A stretch of 64,000 nt of DNA from NCBI GenBank assembly GCA_025558095.1, contig JAIVFI010000024.1, positions 558,001 through 622,000 of the forward strand, given 5' to 3'. Positions 55,471 to 64,000 of this stretch are shown here, piece by piece. Within the stretch, counting starts at the first letter, position 1. Every line of letters begins with the position of its first letter. The notes under the pieces are model-generated. The model had not been told where the DNA came from. It made no database searches and saw nothing but the letters and a program-made list of their open reading frames with translations. The translations under genes and the position numbers were made by a program. The DNA comes from Hyaloraphidium curvatum SAG 235-1 (Eukaryota; Fungi; Monoblepharomycota).

Positions 55471-55709
55471 CGTGGCGCCGGAAGTTTCAGTTCGCAGAAC
55501 TAGAGCGTGTCTTCGGTGGCGAGTCCGGGACCGAGGCGCGTTTCCGGTAGCGATGCAGAGCGTTAATGTTGTGAATCGAGTCAGAGAGTCGTGATTCTTC
55601 CTCTCCAGGCGTGACCGGCAGGATCCGGTTGCGTTCGCGGCCGGCCCGTTTGATGTTTGCGCGGCCCGCCGCGCGCGCGTGGGGGACTTCCGCTGCCATC
55701 TCTTCCCCA

Positions 55710-56985
55710 ATGAGCGCCACGACGCAGGTCGCCGAGGCGGTCCCAGGCCTCGCGACGCCGCGGGCTCCGCAGACGCCGCTGCGCGACCGCGAGGCGCGGC
55801 TCGAGGCGCAGCGGCAGGTCATCGAGACCCAGTTCGACCTGGAGATTTTCCTGAAGCGCTGCGAACTCAACACTATCAACGAGGAGATAAAGCGTGGCGA
55901 GGACCTGCTGGAGCGGCTAAAGGATGCCATCTTGAACGGACCGCCGCCAGCGGGCACATTTGCCCCGGACATCGTCCCGCGGCTGGCCACCCTGTCGACG
56001 CCAACCCTGCCCGAGGTTCCCATGCCTCTCCCTCTCCCGCAGGAACACCCTGCGCTGCCTCCAATCATGACGGAACCTTTCCCCATACTCGAAACCCCGA
56101 CGATGGCCGCTCCGACCCCGCGCAGCGTCAAACCAACACCGAATGCCTTGACGGCCAGCGCGACCCCCGCTCCCACCGTCCCTGACCCCGTGGCCCGCAA
56201 CCCGACGCCTCCTTCTCCCGTTTTGCCTGCCCCGATGCCTCTTCCGCTCTCTCCAACGTCGCCGAGGGGCAAGCGACGCGCGTCTGCCAGGAAGCTGACA
56301 GGCATGGACGGCTCGCTGTACGCGCGCAGGTCGGACGGGGTCCTGGTCAAGTGAGTTTCAGCGCCGTGAATTCTATGGTATTGGTGCTGACTTTGCGGGC
56401 CAGAATCGCTTGTCCGATCTGCGACAGAAGCGACTTCCAGAACCTGCAAGGGTTCGTGAACCACACGCGCATCTCGCACAACAAGAGCTTCGCCAGTCAC
56501 GACGTTGCTGTCCGGGAGTGCGGAATCGAGCTGGTGGGAGAAGTATTGGCTCTCTGCCTGCTGGGTGCTCACGACGTTTCCCTTTGGGCAGGCGGAAGAC
56601 GGGACTCCGCTCAACCGACCAACGGGCACGCCGCCGCTAACGGAGGACGAACCCAGTGCGCCGAGAACCAGGCCAGGGCAAAAGGCGAAGAAGGTCGGGA
56701 CCTTGCCTGCGAACTCATTCAGGTTTCCTGACGGACGGTTGCCCACAGCCCCGCCTCAACGATGAGCCCGACGAGATCACCGATCTCTCCTTCCACCCTC
56801 CCCTGATACCCAATGGTGGTCAGCGGAGAACGCGACGATCGGGCGACAACGGGTTTCCCAGCATTGATGCCGTGGACAACGGGGATTTGGAATTGGATGA
56901 GGAAGAAGGGAGCGCGGCTGACGGCTCTCAACACGGCGACGAGGACGAGGAGACGGACGACGATGGGAGCTTTCAGCCCGAGTAG
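55710..56985 (+). CDS. AHC1-like nuclear protein (coiled coil + C2H2-like zinc finger)
   Basis: QFDLEIFLKRCELNTINEEIKR and RRSDGVLVK|IACPICDRSDFQNLQGFVNHTRISH motifs typical of fungal Ahc1-like proteins; acidic tail. Confidence 0.7.
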
Positions 56986-57171
56986 CTTGTCCAGCTGACC
57001 CGAGGGATCTCTGGCGCTCTTTCTTCTCTGTCTCTGGAGCGATGGGTTTCAGTGGGCTGTTTCCGACATGTACGTCTGAATCTGATTCATGATTACGCGA
57101 GATCGCGTTCGAACTACTTTAGTGGAAATGCCTTTACATTTAGGGTGCCCGCGGGGTATCTCGGGTAGCGC

Positions 57172-60100
57172 CTACAGCGCATTGGATGACATCAGCTTGC
57201 CGCTCTTTATCATGGCGAGGCGGTCGCGAATGTCCGAAATGGAAGTTGCGCGCGAAGATGGTTGCGAGGATGGTTGAGAGGCCTGTGCAACCGTGGAAGA
57301 GGGTACGGAGGATTCGAGGGAGGGAGAAATGGTGGTGCTCTGGAGACGAAACAAGTCAGAAAAGGCAGACGGCGATCCGAAAGGGCAAACGCACTTCTTG
57401 GGAAGCAGGCGAGACGTCGGTCGCCGAGCCATTGGAAGAGGGGCTGAAGTCCGCGTAGGACTTTGTTTCCCTCACCATTTCCGTCGGCTGCGACGACAAG
57501 GTTGTCCCAGTCTGCGATCCAGGTCAGAAAAGCGACCCGAGCGGTCCAACTCAACCTACCATGAGGCGCTTCAGCTCGAGGAACTTTTCCTGTCGCCTTT
57601 CGCTCTCAGACTGGGTGGTCGGCTGCGACGACGCAGCCGAAACCTGCGACAAAATGCGGTTCTGGTACGACGAGGGAAGAGTAGAGAGGGAGGCGTCGAC
57701 CGGGAGCTCCGAAGAGTTGATGGAAATCTTCAGGCTCTGAAGGTCTTGGGCCAACTGCTCTGCCGTAGCGGAAGTAGAAAGGACCTTGGCCGAGTCCGCA
57801 TGCCGCGCCCCAAGCGATGCCGGCGGCACAGGTTCCAGTGCGGGAGCAGCCATCGAACGAATCGAGTCCTCCGATGCATCCCCCGGTTGCCCCTTCTTCT
57901 TCTTGGCCTCAAGCGCCTGCTGCACGTAGTTCATGACGATGTTGGACTCGTTCAGGTCCTCCGGGTCGATGTACGCAAAGATGTTGGTGCCGAGGCAGCC
58001 AGTCAGCTCGCTGAGGAGGGTCTTGACCGTCCGAACCGGCAGGTCCTTGTTGGGATACCGGTTCGCGCTCTTCTTGTACTCGCTGGGCGGGATTTGCTTC
58101 AGGGTCTCGTGGATTTGGTGCAAAAGTTCCTTCAGGTCCACGCTCCGGCTCTCAATGAGCTGCGGCACCTGCTTGGTCAGCTTCCAAAGGCACTTCATCA
58201 CGAGCTCGAGAACTCCGGTCAAGCGCGTCTTTTCGGCATCGGGCATGGTGTCCAGGTTCTGCTGGAGAATCGTGCAACGGTCGCGCAAGAGGGTGAGCAG
58301 TGCGCTGACAAGAGAATGCAAGTGAGCGACGAGATCACACACAGCCCGGCCGTGACCCACGTGAAGCACCGCGTCTTGTCCACGTTTTCGAGGACCTTGC
58401 CCATCAGCTGGTTCAGCGCCTTGACCGCGACGGCCCGCTCCTCCTCCGAGTACAACGTCGTGTCCTGCATCCGCCGAAGAGCCTCCGGGAGCAAAATGAC
58501 CAAAGACTGCGTGTCCACAGCGCGGATAATCCGGCTGTTGCTGAAGAAGAGGATGAGGGTGTTAATGCACTCGCTGGCGAAGCGCGTGTCCGTGCTGCGC
58601 GACAGGGTGACCGAGACAGAGGCGATGATGTCGTGCAGCGACGCGATGATGGCGTCCACGCTGGTCTTGTACAGGTTGTTGAGCTCCCGGAAGGCCTCCA
58701 CGTCCTCCCGCTCGACCTTTGCGAGCGCCAGTTCGATCCGGTTGCCGGCACCGCGGGGTCCGTCTACCGGAGATTCCGCATTATCATCAAAGTCCAGGGA
58801 GAAGACGCGGCTGATCTTCCCGGAAGTAGGCATCGACTCCTCCGATATGGTCCGGGAACCCATTCCCGGTTCGGCAGACGCCGGTTGTGCGGACCTGGAA
58901 GGCGTCGCGGGGCTGGATCCGCTGCCAGAGGACAGCGGCGCGGCAGCCTCCGTCCGGCCCATGAGCGAAACCGGGCCTGAAGGCATCCGCTTGAGCCTCT
59001 CCTCCAGAAGGCTCCGATCCTTGTCCGAAATCTTTCCGATGTACTGGAACACCTTCTCCTTGTTCCCGTTCTCCAGCTGAACCGCCTGTGCCAGGAAGTT
59101 CAGCGCCCCGTTCCGCACGGCGGCGTCGCGGTCGGCGATCTGCAGCGCAATGAGGGGCATGATACGGGGCGGAGAGCAGACGCTGAGGCCGTTGCGTTTG
59201 ATCATGCTCGTCAACTCTTCAAGGCACTCGGAGCGAACGCGGGAGCTCTTGGAGCGGATGCCCTCGAGGATGTGCGGGAACAGCTTGCTGACGGGGTATA
59301 CCATGCAGATCCTCGAGAAGAGCTGGCGGATCTGAGCACGAACGGACTCTTTGCTGTCCCCGAGCTAGAGAGGCGGCTACGGATGAGCGACTGGGGCCCG
59401 TGCGGCCATCGAGACTGACCTTGGTGACCAAGAAAGGCAAGAAAGACGTGGCCTCATACTCGGAGAGGCGGAAGCCATCCTGATCCCCGAGAAGGGCGAA
59501 CAGCTGGTCGAGGAGGCTAATGAGCTTCAGGAGCATGATGGTGTTGGTGTCGAAGAGGCGGATCGTGACGTATTTGAGAATCAGATCGGTGTTGGCGACG
59601 ATCCTGGCAGCCATCTCGGCCGGCTCGATGCCGTACTCCTCGAGGGACGACCCGCAGTTGGTCACGCACTCCTCGAGCACCGTCACCGCCCGGAGATGGT
59701 CCCTGTCCTTGTTGTGATCCTCGCGGAACATGAGGGCACGGATGGCCTCGCTGAAGTTGCCCTCCGTCTGCTCCTCGAGGAAGTCCACCAGGTCCTTCCT
59801 AGGAGCATCGAACTGCCACTTCATGACACCCCTGTCCTTATCCGCGCGGTCCTTCTTCGCGTGCGGATCCGAGGTGAGGAGCGGAGGCACTGCGTCCGCA
59901 GTCTGCGACGGCTCCGGGGCCGCTGGAGTCGCAGGTGCAATCTTCCGCTTCGCGCCCGCCGCCAAGAGGGCGCTCTTGTTGGCGCTCGGCGCAGGCAGGC
60001 CTTTTCTCGGCGTTGACCCTCCAGGCACGGAAGGCGGCGTCGCAACAGCACGCGCCGGCTTGTACGAGTCCACAATCTGAACCAGTGTCTGCGAGGTCGG

Positions 60101-63100
60101 TCCTTTGGCTTCCGCCGCCTTGTCGTGCACAACGTCGTATCCCAGGATGTCGACCAACTGCGGGATCACAGACTGCGCCGCCTTCCGAACGTCCAAGTTC
60201 TTGTCCTGAGTGCACATGAGGGCAGGAAGGACGAGGCTGGGGAGCGACGGGACAGCTTCGGCCTTGGCCTTTAGCTCGGGCAGCTTGCCCGCGATCCAAG
60301 TAAGCAGGTCCTTCCTCAGCGAAGGGTTGTCGATAGCCAGCCCGCCCTCGCAGGCGGACGTGAGGACCTCGAACGAGGTGGCATTGCAGATCTTGTCCAA
60401 CGCCGCCGTCGCGCTGGCGCGCACCTGCGGCTTGTTGTCCGTCAAGCACGAACACATCGGCGGAGCCAGGATCTTCGCAGTGCGATCGAATGGTTTCCCC
60501 GTTGCAAGAGCAAGATTTCCAACGAGGTCCAGCGTCTGGATGACGAGGTTCTTGTTGCTGTCCGAGAAGCGCTCCTTCAAGGCCGGGACGAGGTCACCTG
60601 CAGGAGAGGGTCAGATTGGCAGGAAAAGTCGTCGGCAAGGACAAAACCCACCAAGATTTGGCTTGATCCGGTTGTTGGCGGTCTGGAGCATGCCCGCGAC
60701 CTTGTCCAAAGCCTCCTTCCGGACCTTCCAGTTGACATCGCCGAGCTCGGCCAACAATTCCTCGGTCACCAAGGTCGAAAGATCCACTCTGGGGAAGAGA
60801 TCGTCCAGCGCACTGGATCCGGCATCGTCGACCGCTGCAGGGCCCTCCGCGGCACCCTTCTTCGCAAGAAGCTGCGACGAATACACACGTAAGGCGACTG
60901 CGAAGGAGGCACAACCGCGTGACGAACCTTTTGGGTTTTGGACGGTTTCGGCGCCGACCTCCCCGAGACCCTGGTCAGCTCCACGTCGATCGAAGATAAC
61001 AGCGCCGCGCTCATGTCCTGGAACGAGCCGCGAACATCTGGAGGACTCGTTAGACCGCAGTCTCGAGCATCTCGGCCAGGCGGGTCCTCACCTTGCCCCA
61101 TGAACGTCGCCAGGGTCCCGATGATGGCCACCGCAGCCGTCCGCACCAGCTGGTTGCTGTTGCCGAGTCCGAGCTTGACGCACTCGATCAGGTCGCGGAC
61201 AACCAGGCCCTCGATTCCAAAGTCGAGCAGAGCCGAGTTGATCCACATGAGCGCCTCCTGGTACGCCTTTGGCAACTTGATCGCCTTGATTGGCTCGTAG
61301 ACTGCGCAGAAGGGACACATCAGACTGCCAATGGCATTCGAGACGAAGTACGGGAACCCACTTTGCGAAAGCACAAACTGCAGCGACGTTCCCTCTGCCA
61401 CGGCGGTCATGCAGTCGCTCGCCACCTTCTTCTGCTTCGCGTCGTTGAGCTTTTCTACCAGGCCTGGGAGCACCAGCGACGCTGTCCCCTTGCCGAATCC
61501 GGGCGCCCGCGCGAGATGCTGCAGGGCATTGATCATGACCGTCAAGACCTGGAAGTTGTTCTCCTTCCAGCTCGGTTTGCGGAGCAAAAGGCGGGCGAGC
61601 ATCTCCGTGTCGAGCTCGGCGGGGTCCTTGGCCTTGATCTTCTCGAACCCCGCATTGAGGGCTGCAAAGCCGTCAGGCACCGATTGCCGTCCAACCCGAG
61701 GCAGGACGAACCTTCCAGCCGAACCTTCCAGTTGGTATCCGCGAGGTTCGTGATCGTAGCTGCTTCGAGCAGCTCCGCCGCAGCTTCTTCCGCCGCCTCG
61801 TCCGACCACTTGAAGCTGATGGGTGCCTCCTCCACGACCGCCGCCTTCGGCGCAGTCTTCGGTTTCGCGGGCGCCGCAGCTGCCGATGACGTCGATGCGG
61901 TCGCTGGTTTCGCAGGCGCTGGCTTCTTGACCTGACGTGCGAGATAAGCCTCGAACCTTTTCCAGGCAGCGACCACGGTCCTCACCGCGGAAGGCTTGAG
62001 AACGACGTTCCGGCTCGCCGATCCGTAAGATGTCGCTTCCCTAGACGGCGCTCCTCGCGACGGTGCCGCCTTCGAACAACGGCTTTAGCGTGGGTCTCGA
62101 AGCAGTAGAGACCACTCACCCCTCCGGAACTCGAAGCCTGGGGCGCCGGCGCCGCCCCCGCAGCCTTCACCTCCGCCCGCTCCGCAAACTCCCTGACCTT
62201 GGCGTCCCGGATCTTGTCCTCCTTCAGGCGGTCCATGAAGGCCATCATCGCCCGCTCCCCGACCAGCCTCAGCATGGTGCCCAGCGCCTCTGCCGACACC
62301 TCGCGGACCTCGTTGGCGGGGTCCTCGATCGTGCGCATGAGCATCTCGCCGAGCGCCTTGATCTCGGCCTTGCCGGGCGGCTTGCGCGCCGTCCGGAGGC
62401 ACCGCACGAGCCACTTGATCGACTCGCAGCGGACCTGCGGGGTCTTGTGCGCCGAGGCCGACGCGAGGTCCTCGACGATCTCGGCAAAGGTGACCGAGGC
62501 GAAGACGGCGTCCAGGGCCGCGGCGAGGGCCTCGACGACCGTGGGCTTCTTCTCCTTGAGCTTCTCTAGCATCGGGCCGACCACCGCCGATTTGTAATGC
62601 CCAAAAGCGGTGCGCAGGCCCCGCGCCAGGCGCTCGATGGCGTTGGCCGCCAGCGTGACGACAAACAGGTTCACGTCACCGATGTGCTGGGGTCCGCAAA
62701 TCAGCAGGCCATGCGAAGAACAACAACGCCTAAACAGACCTTGCCCAGCCCACCGACGAGCTCGTGGTACCTCCCGTCCGCCATCTTGGGCGCCTTGAGC
62801 ACCTCCAGCAGGCTCTCCATGGCCTCCTTCCGCTCCTGCCACTTGGGCGATCCGAGCTTGGAGTAGAAGTCGCCAGGGATCTTGTCAAGCACGGCGACCT
62901 CCTCGAGCAGGTCGAGCGGGTCGATGGCGGGCTCTTCGACGACGGCGGCAGGTGCGTCGGCGGGGCCTGAAAGAAACTCGAGTTCAGCACGGGACATATT
63001 CAGCGGAAGAAGCAACCAACCGCCTTCCGCGCCGGCGCCCTGGGGAGCCAGAGCCTCCCCCTTTGCCTGCTGGCTCCTCAGCAAACGTGTCGCTGCCGCA

Positions 63101-64000
63101 CGGCCGGGCGGCAGGGCGGCGAACGCGTCCTGGAGCTCCTTGACCTGCACGGGCTTGAGCGACTCCAGGGAGGGGTTGAGTGCGGTTCCCTGCTCGGCGA
63201 GTTAGCGGCTGATTAAGACCCTAGGAGGCGAAATGCTCACGAGCCATCGGTAAAGCTCGACCGTGAGCTTGAATGCCTGTGGGGTACGATCCGATCTCGC
63301 AGTGAGTCCCAGCAAACAGGCAGGCTCCCAGCGATTCCCCACCTCCTCACGCACGAGTTTGTCGTTGTGCCCGAACAACGCCGGCAGCTGCTTCAGCACC
63401 GGCTTGACCTCCACGATCTTGGGCCCGAACGCCTTCAGCCCCTCGCAGAGGCAGAGTACCGCGCACGCCGCGGTCTTGGGGTTCTTGTTTTCCGAGCCCT
63501 TGAGGAGGTCCTCCTGCGTTTCTGCAGGTTAAAGGAGACCACAAAAGAGCACGAAACGAAGATACCCACGACCATGCCGTCGACGGCCTCGACTTCCAGG
63601 TAGAGCAGCACGAGGTCGATGGCCTTTGTCCGCGTGCCCGTGCGCGGGGACGCGAAGCACTTGTCAATCAGCACGCCGACCACCTCCTTCCGAGTTCTGC
63701 AGGAGGAATTGCCGGCCCGGTGAGCCCGCCGTCTTGGAAGAAACACGCGGGGGAGGTCCCACTTCCCCGTCACCGCTGGGGGCCCAAACTCGAGGAACGA
63801 CACCGCGGCTGCCAGCCCGGCCTCCTGCGCCACTGCATTCGCGTCCGCCACTGCCTTGCGCACCGCGTCCGCATGTTTCCTGTACCCGTTTGCGTCGTCC
63901 GCGTCCAGCCGCCTGAACGCGTCCGCCAGCTGCCCGTAGCCCGTGGACCGCGCTCGCCACACCTGCCGCGGGGTCAGCGCCGCGCGCACCGGGCAGCAAG
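57172..64000 (-). CDS. XMAP215/ch-TOG (Stu2/Alp14/CKAP5) microtubule polymerase, 5' end outside window
   Basis: multiple TOG domains (VWRAR, KWQERKEA, NWKVRLE, NWKVRKEA, plus a TOG5-like region); C-terminal ISDIRDRLAMIK matches the ch-TOG tail; many short introns. Confidence 0.92.

Noticed and set aside
1-64000. tRNA/rRNA genes, transposases, LTRs or TIRs
   Set aside because: No cloverleaf, rRNA-like, transposase/RT motifs or terminal repeats were recognised by eye; tRNAscan-SE, Infernal and RepeatModeler would be needed to exclude small elements

Overview
Gene-dense, high-GC eukaryotic DNA with many short GT-AG introns (typically about 45-60 nt) that carry CTRAY-like branch points. Gene content and style point to an early-diverging zoosporic fungus (chytrid/Monoblepharidomycete-like); this is inference. 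About 26 loci were reconstructed by hand. Conserved, intron-rich housekeeping genes: THOC1/HPR1, UBP6/USP14, RPD3, a UBAC2/Dsc2-like gene, MIC19, LEU2, an AHC1-like gene and an XMAP215/ch-TOG gene running off the right edge. Unusual loci lie between them. (1) An intronless bacterial-type FdtA/QdtA 3,4-ketoisomerase fused to a DegT/FdtB aminotransferase, directly downstream of a GT8 glycosyltransferase: a candidate 3-amino-3,6-dideoxyhexose glycosylation module in a fungus. (2) Two paralogous 7-TM proteins with gustatory-receptor/7TMIC-like topology and a novel HRxGxxxCxCxxC motif. (3) A GH5 mannanase with a transmembrane hairpin inserted inside its catalytic barrel. (4) A ~2,000-aa modular protein with two microexon-encoded DUF2934-like motifs, 11-mer amphipathic repeats, AHNAK/periaxin-like repeats on duplicated symmetric exons and a copine-type C2 domain. 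(5) A giant coiled-coil repeat protein with five introns at one homologous repeat position. (6) Three adjacent disrupted F-box-like genes. No rRNA, tRNA, CRISPR array or transposon was recognised. All family calls come from motif recognition by eye; no database searches were run.
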